Positions 23,650 through 36,421 of a DNA stretch of 64,000 bases are shown here, in pieces. This stretch comes from Ancylonema sp. (lineage: Eukaryota): NCBI GenBank assembly GCA_050230475.1, contig JBFLGF010000091.1, positions 1 to 64,000 on the forward strand. The letters run 5' to 3'. The notes below the pieces were generated by a model that saw only the letters and a list, made by a program, of their open reading frames with translations, did not search any database and was not told where the DNA came from. Made by a program: the position numbers and the translations under genes. The number at the start of each line of letters is the position of its first letter. Within the stretch, counting starts at the first letter, position 1.

Positions 23650-26600
23650 TTACTCAAGCATAGAGAGGATCTATCTTACAGTCAATCAAGCGATCAAGCA
23701 CCTTGTACTCACGTCATCGAAGGTTGTGAGGAGAAGGCCGTTCCTGCAAAAGTTGTACATATGATGTTTGAATTTCTGGCATTTCGCAAGTGGGCACGAT
23801 TCTCTTGCTGAACCCCACCGATGTGGGAAGTGCTACACATGGGCAAGGTCAAACTTATTACCAACACCCTCAATGCCAGTAGAATCAGCAGTTCGTCCAC
23901 AACTTGCACAAAACTTCATCCCTAGCTCAAGAGGGGTAGCATCATAATTATAGTCACCCATCCCGAACTTCATGAGCAGGTCCTTTGCATATTCTCTTGA
24001 ACTAAGAACACATTCCCATCAGGCTGCTTGCGAATCTCAAGGCCCTGCAGGAATTTTGCCTCTCCTAAATCTCTCATGTTGTATCGCTTTCCCAGCTCAC
24101 CTTTCACACCAAAAAAAAAAAAAAGCCTGATGCACAAGAGAAAGACGTCATCGACATAGAGTCATCGACATAGAGTGCCAGATATAGTGCCTCAGGTCCC
24201 TCTCCCAGAATTTAGAGGCCAAAGTGTGAAGCAAGGCTATGAAACCGCATGCCCTTCAGCACGTCGTCGATATGTTGATTCCACCCCCTGGGTGCAACAG
24301 CCACACAATGTCTTCTTCACGAGGCCCACACGTGCCATTTGGAGCCTCCATGTACACTTCTTCTTCCGGGGGTGCATAGATAAAAGTTTTTGTCACATCC
24401 ATCTAGTGCATATGAAGGCCCTTGGAAGCACCCATGGCAACAAGCTGTCGAATGCTCTCAAATCGTACAGTTGGCGAGAAAGTCTAGTCATAGTCTACTC
24501 CTTCCACTTGGCTGAACCCCTAGGCCACAACTCGTGCTTTGAATTTCTCTAGAGATTCATCAACATTCTTTTTTATTCTGAACACCCATTTTGAATTTAC
24601 TTTGAATTTACTTCTTTCCCTTCGGCCTTGGTACAAGTCTGTAAATCTCGTTTTCTTGCAAGCGTCCCATTTCAGCTGCCATTGCAGCCTGCCACAAAGA
24701 TTTTTCTAGACAGTTGAGAGCTTCTTGGACAATTTTCTGGCGTTTTGACCTCAACCTCGGAGTTTGCAACAAAAGCAGCAGCACATTTGTTGGAGTGGAC
24801 ACCTCTATCTTCTCTTGCAGTACGACGCACAGGCGGAGTGTCAAATTCGTGGTCATCGAGAGAAGTTGCAGGAGAGTTATAGGCCAGGCCAAGAGGATTG
24901 ACAGGGGTAGCATCATCTGGATACTATTCAGAACCGTCTTCCAAATAATCTTGGTCGTCATCGTCACCACTCGAGTTGCTCACAAGTTATGGAAGATCTG
25001 CAAACTAAAGAGGAAGAGAGCTCGGAAGTTGTGGAAATGGATTTCCCACAGCATCTGGAATTCTTCATCGACAGAATTTAGATCGCCATAGGAAGGTTGC
25101 CCACTTCCAAAACTGCCCTCTCCCACTCGAACACTGCCCCCTCCTACTCCGTGCTCAGTTGCATCCAGATCTGGCCATGACATTTTGGACACTTCGAGTG
25201 GCTCATGCACTCTTGCTTGCTTGCCAACTTTCTTTCCTTTCAACCAGCTTGATTTGAAAGATTCATCGAAATCGGCATGTCCAGCACCAACATTGTGAAC
25301 CTTGTTTGTTGTAGGATCCCAGACTCGATAACAAAGACTGTCGGAGTTCCATCCAACCAACACACCAAGCCAGGCCAGTGCCCTCATTTTCCGTGTGCGG
25401 TCTTGCTTCTCTAGTCGCACATACACTTTGCAGCCGCAAGAGCGAAGGTGATCAAATTTTGGAATTTCCCCGGACCACATCTCCTCTAGCGTTTTTGAAA
25501 GACCACTAACTTGGCAACGATTTCTCAGATACGAAGCTAATGAGATTGCTTCTGCCTACAGACGAAGGGGAAGTTGCAAATGCATAAGCATAGAACGAGC
25601 TCTGTCTTGTAGTGTGCAATTCATGCGCTTTGTGATTGAATTGCCTCGAGGAGTATTTGGAGGAGTTGTCTCATGTATGATCCCTTTGTTCTTGAGCCAC
25701 TTTTGGAGGTCACCATCGATGAATTCTCCTCCTCGATCTGATCGCAGATTTTTGACTGGTTTGCAAGCTTACCTTTCCCAGATTGCGATCCACTGCTTGA
25801 GACGAGGAGCTACATCATCTTTGCTTCGAAGTATTTCTACCCAATATTTTTGGCTGAATTCATCGACGAGCACCATATTGTACACTCCACCCCCCTATCG
25901 ATGCTGGATTGTACGGCCCTGCCAAGTCCACCGACACTCTTTCCAGGCAAACTTGCTCTCTTGCACCACCTTCTCGACGAGGATGATGTTTGTCGTGTGC
26001 CTTCCCCAGTTTGCACCCTTCACAATTTTGCAAAAATGTTGAAATGCCTCCCTCCCGTCCTGTTACAAGGTGCTCTCGTGCCAGATTTTTGAGCACTCTC
26101 TCATGTGCATGCCCGAGTCTTGTGTGCAGGAGACAATTTCGACAGCTACTACAATTGCTTCTCCCTCGATTTGCCGCTGATGTCGAACCGGAGTGCAAAT
26201 GAGAGTTTTTCGGCCTCTCGATGTTTGTTGCAGAGAACACACCTGCTGCCTAGATTTGTTGTAGACTGGAATAATGCCACCAACTTTTCCACTACAAGTG
26301 TACGACCATCTTGCTTCTAGTGCTTTTTGACGGCTGAACATATATATATATATGCGCATGTTAGGAATGTACAGACACTTCTTGAGGGTCACACCTTCAC
26401 ATTCTCCCTAAGTGATCATCTCAATTGTTTCCCACTGCTTCATACGCACACTTCCGACCAGATGATGCATGATGACTTCATTAGGGATGTCTTCGAGAGT
26501 TTTCAAGTGGCTTTTCCGTTCTGGAGTGGAACCATCGTCGAAAAGGGAAAAAAAAAAATCATCATCATGGTCTGCAACATTTACTTCACAAATCTTTGCG

Positions 26601-28103
26601 ACGACAACTTCTCCATGGCCACAACTTTCATCATCATGGACTTCGCCAACAGTCTTTCGCCCTGTTCGCATCCCTTTTCTTTGCATGCGTGGAGCATCGT
26701 TCTTCTTTTCGAAACAGGTGAAATAAACATGACCGACTGTTCCATAGTTTTTCATTCTACATTTTTCTTGGAAGAGCCTTTGTTCTAGTGGCTTGTATCT
26801 TCACAAGTATAGCAAGAATGCCCTCCATTTGTTCCATTGCTTCCACCTCGCCTCCACGTCCATCTCTGCTTCTACGGTTATCCCCTCAATATTCCTTGCC
26901 TATTTCCTTCCTCCACGATTATCGATACCACCACCTCTGCCTTGATTTGATTTTTTTGTCGAGCTGACCACTTAGCATAGTTCTCCTCAATTACTAGTGC
27001 CTCAGCATCTTTGACAACTTTAATTTCTTCTCATCTAATTCATCCATTCCCATCTGCCCCCAGATCCAGCTGATTCTAGGTGCTTCTTTATGCCCGTAGT
27101 GCAGCTTTTTTAGTATACCGTACTTTGTCCGTGACATACCAGCGAACCACGCCATCACCTGATCTATTGCACTAACAGAGAATTTTTGATGTACACACTC
27201 TCTGATGATCGATATAAACATATTTTGGATGTCTTAGACTGGCATCTTCTCGTCAATTTTGAAAGAGTTCAGATTTTTTTTTGCAATTTGTCGAAGTTCG
27301 AGGGACACTTCATCATACTCCTCCGTCAAATAGTTGCACATTGCCTTTGGATCTCGTTCAAACTATTTAAGAGATGTTGCGATGTCATTACTGACAAGTT
27401 GCATCAGCAGCATAACCGCCTTCTTAAATCTTTTGACGTCTACTGCCGTCTTTGATTTTTTTGCGGAAGCTTTTGACGTCTACTGTGTATTGGTCCATTT
27501 CTGCTTCATTTGTCACCCAGTGCATCTCATCATCATAACTGGTTGTAACCTCATTTGGTATTGTCTCTCTTCCTTTGCAGATCTCAAGGCACTCGGCATC
27601 ATCAAGAGTAGTTGAGGCCTAAGATCTCCATGCTTGAAAGGTAACTTTGTCTCCGTCCACAATACAGTACCATGTTGTGATACCACTGTGAGAACTTTCT
27701 TATGCCATCGATGCAAGAATAATAAAGTTCACTTCTCTTAATCTCTTTGAATCAAATAGATCACGTCATTACAAGCATCGACACAACAAAAGTGTAAGCT
27801 TGAAGTAGAAAGTATTAATTAAACGAATTCTTCATGCAAGCTCAGACCTAGTACACTCGAGTGCTACTTGGTCAAATATCTACTGATACCGAAACTAATG
27901 GTCAACTGCAAACCATATCTAAGCATTTTGCCACATCATCTTATTATTATCGACACTTGTGCCACATGGCCAAGCATGTCGACGTAACCATTGTAACAAG
28001 GACATCGGCCTGCGTTTGCTTAATAACGAAAAAACTAAAGCCAAATTCCCGCTAAATATTGAAATCGATATAACGACAAAAATTCACAGCCCCTAAAAAC
28101 TAG
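23650..28103 (-). mobile_element. Decayed Ty1/Copia retrotransposon, copy 2 (same family as 4605-7821; 3' truncated within RT)
   Basis: gag similar to copy 1 (FAGMSRTKYGILKK, ISWIWGQMG); protease LFDDGS; GAG-pre-integrase LLHTRLGH...CEGCKLGK; integrase VDLAGP / LRSDRGGEF; RT WQAAMAAEM...YVDD; degenerate PBS TGGTATCA near 27685; many stops and frameshifts. Confidence 0.9.
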
Positions 28104-29359
28104 TCCGAATTCAAATTAGATACCCCGAGGTATCTAACCTCGCATTCTCAACTTTGAACGGTTCGTTTTAAGTTCGTTTGTAGTACGTTGAGGTCGCACG
28201 TTGGGGTGGCAGTACGCCGTAACCGTATTTTTCGGTTGTCTGATGCGGCACTAAACGAATTTAGAACCGTGGTCAGCCCGCGTCCGAGATCGGGACCTCG
28301 CAATCCATGGGTTAACCTATTTGTAAAGAATGGCGGAGTTCGATGAATAGATGAGTAGACACGCGACTTTCTTTTGTCACTTCTTATTTTATATTGTCCC
28401 TTTGTTTGGGACGTGCGTAGAACAGTAGGCATGCGACATATACTTATTAGACACGATAATACGCTTCCCAATTTTAATTTTCGGAAATGTAAACCATGCA
28501 TTGTACTCAGAACATACATCGATAACCTTTTCTAGTAAAATGTAAACAAAGATCATGGCAACAAGCGAATACTTGTTTATTTTCAAATACAATTTTAGCA
28601 GTACTGTCCCTCAAAGTTATGCTTACAATCATATACTTTCTTACCCGCACATTTTGAAAACACGAAATGTCGGTGTGAAGATGAGTGGAGGAGTACGCCA
28701 GACGTCCAACTTATTTTCAAAAATTCATAATGTATGAAACAACAGTAGAAAATAAAATTTTGATAAATTTCAGGGAAGGAAGAAACAATTAGGGTTTTTT
28801 TTTTTTTTTCTAAGTTGCACCATGTCTCATTTTTTATAAAAAAAATATTCATCCGTTATTATTTTTGGAAAAAAAAAGTTTATTGATTACTCCTTTTTAC
28901 ACAAAAAGAAAAGATACACACGAAAAGAAAGGCTGGATTTTTTTCTTTAAAATAAAAGTGAAAACTTTCAATAACCAAGCGTACTCCAATTTGTAAGTCC
29001 ATTATTATTGACCATTAAGGACGGATTGAGGTCTGAGATTGGTGCCATCAGGGCCACAAATCACGGTTCGTGTACCTATGCCGTGTTAACCGAGTTCATT
29101 TTTTATTTTATTAATGCACGATAATACTACGATATTACGGCGTTTGTTCGTTGTCATTCATTTTGTCAAATCTTTATCGATAGTATCGACAGATCTTCGC
29201 TCTTGCTGACCACTATCTTTCTGTGGACAGAATTCTCTCTTACTTTCTGACTCGCGCTTCTGTGTCTTTTTGGACAGGAATCACTCCTCGCACTTCTGCC
29301 TCCTTATGGGCACGAATCTCTTAATCGCACTTCTGCCTCTCTATGGGCAGGAACTTCCA

Positions 29360-29760
29360 CAATATGTTCCGGGCTATCGATGCACAAGATACATAAGGGA
29401 CTTACGTAAAGCATTCAACACGAGTGCAGATGTTTGCAAGGATGTCAAGATGTTCAGAATAATTGATTTCAGAGATTGTAGCCGAGTAGGCTATATCCCT
29501 TGTGAGTACAACAAATTGCTAGAATTTTCTAGCGTGCCGGATAAAGTTGCGGCGCCGCTATCCTAGTCATCTTGTAATTCCTCCTAGTCATCTTCTTTAT
29601 TTATGCCCCATGCCCATCCCTTATCTAACTTTGTCGATATATATAAATGATGACTTGGACATTCTCACTATCGTACAATGTCATGATGATGCACCCCTTC
29701 TTGTCGATATCTATTTATTATTAATTTCCCGTAGTTATTAACCCCTAGTAACTAATATGC
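29360..29760 (-). mobile_element. Possible degenerate LTR fragment (Copia-related)
   Basis: Short motifs resembling the Copia LTR ends (ATCGATGCA..AGA; CCCTAGTAACTAA). Shares GATAGCGGCGCCGCA in inverted orientation with ~32297-32311. Confidence 0.3.
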
Positions 29761-32700
29761 AAGTTTATCAATCTGATGCATTTACAATTATTATTCCAAC
29801 AACGTTAATATTTGCAGCGCCATGTTTCCACATTTCAAGCCCCACACTCATCCGATTCTAGCTTGATAACAATGATCAGCCACAACTCTTCAACTTGGAC
29901 AACAACAAAAACATGCAATTAGTAGAAAAACGGAACACTCATCAAGTACTATCAAATGTGGAAATGTTTACAAAAGTTGTTATTACAAGAGGATTCGACT
30001 GCCCGTGGTACAACACTCTTCTTTTGATCTCTTTATGATAATAATTTTCTTGCTTCCACGCTTTGTTAAAACTTCAGCGAGTTTCACTATATGCAAAGGG
30101 GAGGTGCGGCTCTAGTGGACTTATCTCTTGTGTACGCAAACCGAACTTGAAATTTCTTGTAAGTTTGAAAATGCCGAACTCGAATGGTAAACGAAAAACT
30201 TATATCGGAGTCATGCTCGCAATGTATCGGAAGCATTCTATTCGAGTTAAGCAACAACCGTGTGCAGAAATCATGTCATATTTGCATTCAAAAGGATCGT
30301 TTAGTTATTTTATTGGGTGAATGCAACTTACAACATACATAGGTTGACGACATTCCATTAAACAAATCACTTCCCATCATCATTATATGAAATAAATAAA
30401 TGAATAACAATAGAAAAAAACTTTCGATTTCGTTCTTATTTATACATCCCTCTTTCGAAAAAAAGAGCAAAATTGTAGAAAAACTTAAATGTACACAATG
30501 TTATAAAAATATTATACTTCAAAATATTGGACCATAGATTACACCTCCTCCACGAAGAGTGGAGGAGGAATTTATCCACAAGGGAAGAAAGCGCAAATAA
30601 AGCGACATACACGAGGGTGGAAAGCTCGCAGAAAATCAAACAATTTGTGTTTGTGGAGATTAAGTTAAATGAATTTACTACTATTCCGATCACGAGGTCA
30701 GATTGGGAAAAGGGAGTTGTAGTTACATTAAATTCCCGACGGTAGGATGAAGACCAAATACATTCGCATATTTTTTTCCCTTTTAAACGTTGTGAACCAT
30801 GCGGACTTCCGTGTACACAATCACAGTCGACCAAATGTTGCCAACCTATGGTCTATGCTCTATTTTTTCGGTTGGAGATGATCAAGATTTGGAATGTACA
30901 AGTTTCAATCATGATATTTTTTTTGGTAACATCCATGGTTCCGCACATTTAGTGGACGGATTTTGGTCTTGACATGTTCGATAAAATCACGGACCGCTAG
31001 AAACCAAGATCTAGACTACCACGCTAAATACCGCAATTTTTGGGGGTATCGATGCTTTATTCCTTCGTTGACAGTGTTGCAAAAGATCGGGGTGGGGTTC
31101 ATTTTTTTGTCTTAACCAATGGGGTTTTCGAATTTAGGTTGCGGGTTATTAGTTTTTTTTTTACAATCATGAGTTAGGTGTGTTGGTCTCCTTGTTTTGA
31201 ACTCCTTTGTTTTGGCTCCTTTGTTTTGGCTTCCGTATATTCTTTCATTGTGCACATAATTTAGATGGTTTATTTGAGACAAACTTATCATTAGCTCTTC
31301 ATATGAATACATTTTATTTTTTTACAAGAAAGACAAAGACAACAAAATTCATAAAATTATTTCCACCAAAAAAAAAACTTGTGAGATTTTGATGTAAACC
31401 GCCGACACATACTACTTGTTTGTTTAATAGACACGTAACAAGTCATCATTTATTTATTGCGAGTTGCGGATGAGTGTTTCGCGGTAATCGCACGCCTTCT
31501 AGGCGCATTTGTGGGTAGCGATGCTCGGTAGTTGCATGCCGTCGAGGCGCGACCCGGAGAGTGCGGGGTGTGTCTAAGGATATGGCACGGTTGTTGAGTA
31601 GTCGGCGGGTAGTGCTCTTGTTATAAATGTGGTTGTACGGGTGTTCTTGTATGGCGTAGCGGATAAACGTGTAAACGTGCACGGCCGCTACAAGTACGAC
31701 AACAAAGGAACAAATTGTTAACAAATCGATCCTTGTTGTGCTTGTTTTGCTTGAGTGATAATAGGTTTTATGTGAATGTAACATTAAGGTTGATTGTGCA
31801 AGAGATGCCGTTTTTATGGCAAGAATTTCATTGGTGATATTTCGATGTCCCAAGAATTCCAGCTTTCACACTCGAAATAAAAAATCGAGTTTTTATGAGT
31901 TTTTCGATATTACCTTGTGTTGTATATTGCATCTTATATGGCGCAAGTAAATGACATCTCAGATAAAAAGTAGCAAATATTGAAGATAATTGTAAATGAC
32001 ACGTTGCGGGATTATTTGTCGATATAAATTGGGGACACGATTAAGTGGCCGGCGGATGATTCGCGGAATCTTTGTTATATCGGGAATATTGGATGTATTG
32101 AAAGGGAATTAATGAGGGGGGCTTTGACTTAGCGGGGACGATCTGATTGGTGCGGGTGAAGATAAAATGCGCCCATGTCTAGTCAGTCAGGATAGACATA
32201 GCGTGGACCAATAGAGTAAACGGGATACTTATCGATATATGCTAGTGGGGAGTAGATAACCAACCAGTGACTAGACAAAGATATACTTTGACACACGATA
32301 GCGGCGCCGCATGACTAAGATTCGCCACTAGAACATTCAGGAATCTGTACATTAGAGATATATGAGGCAGATCCGTCTGTCCGCTAAATCAATTCATTCA
32401 CGAGAGAATTGTGCCTCTTTGTCGTGTAATTTAGGTCGAGTGAGCTGAATGGATTCTTGCACATGTGTTGTGTAGTGAATGATGGTATCAATGGACATCA
32501 GCAGGGCTGAACGGAGGAGAAATTGGATAAACAATAGTCGAGCAAGGTCACAGACTTCGATAAGCTTTAATTCTGAACAGCAAAAGGATGGACTTGTATG
32601 TGAACGTCTATGTAGGCACTCGTCGTGTGACGCGGGTGCATTTGTGTGCGTGTTTTAGAGTCATCGACGATGGCTACAAACGCACACATCGCCCCGGGAC

Positions 32701-34437
32701 ATAGTTTGACGAATGAAACTTAGTGGGGGGCCCGTTTCACAAGACATTAGATTTCATTGGAGCAACGAAAAAGTGTTGGATCGATTGCCAGTAGAGATGG
32801 ATCTATCTCTATTGATGTATGGACGATTTCTCGAGGATAACACTGTTGGAGGTTTCAATATGTCATCTTGATTCAATTCGTGTCAAAGTTTATAACAAAA
32901 AAAAAAGTCCAACATCAACAATGCCGCACCCGTGCCGCCCGTCGGCGCTTTAGTCGCCAATATGTGCACCGACAGCATTATTTGTATGATCATATATTTT
33001 CATATTGAATCGCTTACAACATCTATAATGTTTTGCACTTCGTGTTCGCACTCAGGTCCTAGTCCTTTTCATTTCGGATGTCAATATTTTTGATTGGGTC
33101 AATCGCTTGATAGGTATATATTTTAAGTTAATTGGTTCATCGACGTGCCAACACCGAGCCATGCCAAGAACGCTAGTGATTTGCCACGTGCGATTCTTTA
33201 ACCAAAAAGTTTACATTTTCGACTCAAGCGTATTGCGAAACCCGACACTTAATACACCTACTTTCACGGGATGTAGTAATTGTAAAATGACGTCATCGAC
33301 ACGAGTTAGTACGCCAAAAAGGTTTCGTATGGTAAAAATAGGCTGGAGCGAGATTATACTTGGTGATTTAAAAAAATGTACTCGACGATACAAGGTTGTG
33401 AAAGCACAATGTGAAAGAAAATAAATTATAGCCGGATAGAATTGGAACGGTAGACCTTGTCGATATTTTTTATACAAAAATGACGAACGTTCCACGGCTC
33501 TAAATGATCGGGTGGGTTTCATGTTACTTGTGCTTTAACTCGACGCCGGAAAAGACCTTTGGGCCTGGATCTTGACCTTGCTGGCGATCACTCATAACTG
33601 TGTCATCGGAATCTGAGACCTAAAATCATCAGCGGCCTAAGTTATATACTGTGGCCTAGACGCGTGGAAGCACTCACATGCCATACTGCTCTAAGATATC
33701 CGTACATTCTTGAAAGTAGAGGGATAACGCGATTATCGAGCGCGGACGTGATTCCAAAGGACGTTGATATTGGGGCAGACAAGTACGTGAACGACTGACC
33801 TACCGCGTAGAAGGTACAGTTTCGTCGTTAATAATGATCACTTTGGACGTATACCGATTTATGTCGAAGGACTTGACGTATCCACCGAAGCAATGATGGA
33901 AGAATGACAATTAATAGCTCTCAACGAGGCCACAGTGATTGATCCACCGTTACGAGGTTCTTGGGATTGACACCTGGAGGATCTAGTGTCTATGCATTAG
34001 GCGACGTCGATCTGGTACGAAAAGGTGGTGAGCCCGTCCGTGGATATAAATCACAAACAATCGAGTTTGCCGGAATCTTCAATGACCGTTTCGGGTTTTC
34101 ATCGATCCGTACCGTCGGCGTGCATATTAGTCAACGCATGTCAACACGCAGGGATCCTGACGCACCCCCACGCATTTGTCGACAAAGACGCTAGACGGAT
34201 GCGCTCCCTGCTTACACAAGCAGAAACTCAGATTGTCGGATCAATCACGATTCGCACCCGAAACGAGGCTTCTGGAGCTTCAAAACATTCACTACTGTGT
34301 CCACTACTGTGTACTAAGGCAATTCCTGAGCTCAAGACCAGTTCCCTTATCTACCGTTTACTGTTACTGGCAGGTCATCGTCGCAACAAAACATTTCAGT
34401 GTCGATAGACTTGTCACTCGTCACTAGTAGTCAGACA

Positions 34438-35064
34438 ATGATTCCAAACATGGTAACCGTCAAAAGTTTCCGCCCTTTGTTTGTTCCGCTCCTCCTCACC
34501 GTCATGACCCTGTCCCTCCTCCCCTCCCCTTCCCTTGCAACCTTCGACAAAAAACCCGTAATCGTTCCCGTCCCCGTCCCCGTCCCCGTCCCCATTCCCA
34601 TCGTCATCGTCGAACAAAAGGGTGGGGGTGGCAGTAACGGCAATATCCAAATCCAGGCGCAAGCTCAGAACCAGCAGCAGGCGCAGGCGCAAATGGTAAC
34701 CACCTCTGTATCGACCAGCAGTTCCAGCAGCAATTTCCAGTTCAGCCAAACCGCTCCCCTCACGACCCCCCCGCCGCCGTTCACACTCGTGTCGCCGGAA
34801 TTTACCAGCACCCCGCCCCCCGGCTCTGCAGTTTCCCCGCAGTTTCTGTTTCCCCTACCTGGCGTGCCACAGACTGGCGCAAGTGCGGCGGCGGCGGCAG
34901 CATCGGCGGCGCAACAGGCCGCCAATCAGAATCAAGGGCAGGCGCAACTTCAAGCCAGCATCCCGGTTCAGGGACAAGGGCTCCCAGGTGGGGGATTGAT
35001 CCCGGGCGCTATCCCGGGGGCTGCACTTCCGTTCGTGGTGGCGCAAGAGCCAAAGAAACCCTAA
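34438..35064 (+). CDS. Intronless secreted Pro/Gln/Ala/Ser-rich protein of unknown function (cell-wall glycoprotein-like)
   Basis: GC-rich ~208-aa ORF in AT-richer surroundings; hydrophobic signal peptide (LFVPLLLTVMTLSLLPSPSLA), (VP)n repeat, QAQ-rich and TPPPP segments; alternative start at 34450. Confidence 0.7.
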   Translation: MIPNMVTVKSFRPLFVPLLLTVMTLSLLPSPSLATFDKKPVIVPVPVPVPVPIPIVIVEQKGGGGSNGNIQIQAQAQNQQQAQAQMVTTSVSTSSSSSNFQFSQTAPLTTPPPPFTLVSPEFTSTPPPGSAVSPQFLFPLPGVPQTGASAAAAAASAAQQAANQNQGQAQLQASIPVQGQGLPGGGLIPGAIPGAALPFVVAQEPKKP

Positions 35065-36421
35065 CCAGAAACTGACACGTGGACACCTCGCAAACGGTGA
35101 TCGTTATCATTGTGTGTGTGTGATATTAAAATGGTCGGAGGCCAGATTTTGAGAAGTCATCGATGCCGAGTATATAGGGGGCTGTATTTTAGGTCTACAC
35201 CATCGAACCGTATGTAGCCGGTAAGGGTGATACACTTAGGACAAGATGCCATCCCCCGATACTAGGATCGGCACATGTGACATGTGTTACCGATGTGATG
35301 CCCATGGGATTTTTGAAGAGAGACGAGCAAATATGTAAGTTGTCGGCGTCTCCGTTGTGCACGAATTCGCCGTACATGAATTTGACATCACACTCGTCGA
35401 CCAGGTCGTTGATTACCCCAGCTTCATACATGTGTCCTAATAGCACGTCCACCATTTGGTCGATGTAATAGAAGGGTTCTTGGTCGCCTCATTCACTTGC
35501 CCACAAGTCATGTCATACTAAAGATGAGTTATCTTGGTGGTGATGATGACGGTGATGATGATGGTAGAATGATGGTCACTTTGTAATCTTGTAACAAAAG
35601 AAATTGTGTTGTCATGAGTCTAGTATGTATCCAAGAGGGAACTAAGTTTTTTTGGCAAACCACCAGCATTGGTCATTGAAGGCCTCTTGAATCACTGATT
35701 CAGAAACAAGGTGTAATACCAAATTCATGTCACTCCAAAGTTGCTCGTAGATGCATACCACACGTTTTATTCAAATCTTAAGTTTATTTTTGGGCATTGT
35801 CGCCACCACAACCCAATGGCCTAAGTATTCAATGAATTTTCAAATGCTACTTAATGTGTGCAGTCTCTCCCCATCGCAATCAAGATTGGTCTCTACTTGG
35901 CATGCCAAGTTTACAAATGGTGTTGTGTTTACCAAGTTTTACAAATGTCGTTCCAAGTCGGGAAAATATATGAAAAGCCGGTATTGGAGATTAAGAACGA
36001 CAACGTCTTTTCAACCTCACGATTCAGAACCCAATCCTCCATCCTCCATCCTCTCCTGTTGTCCATACCATTAGTACGTCCACCACGAACCCGTCCAACC
36101 CTGCATCCTACTTTGATGCTGGTACGGAGAGAAAAAGATGTCCTATTGCACATAAGAAACTGGTCATGTCCTCAACCCACGATCATGTCAAATTAATGCT
36201 GAATCCGTTGGCGAGGGTATGTGCACAAACCGCTCTGATTTACAACGATGAGTGTGTCAAATGTACAATAGGATATGAATGGGTGAAGATACAATGGACT
36301 CTAAACTTCCTCCAACTACAACCGTACACTCCTGATCTGAAGTCGACTCACAAGCCACAGATTTCCCCCCCGCTGTCGTGACTCCAACTATGGAAAGGGG
36401 GGGGGGACCCATCCCCACTAC

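Noticed and set aside
35195..35455. Short protein-like ORFs (also 20092-20322)
   Set aside because: No recognisable domain or splice context; may be decayed transposon fragments.
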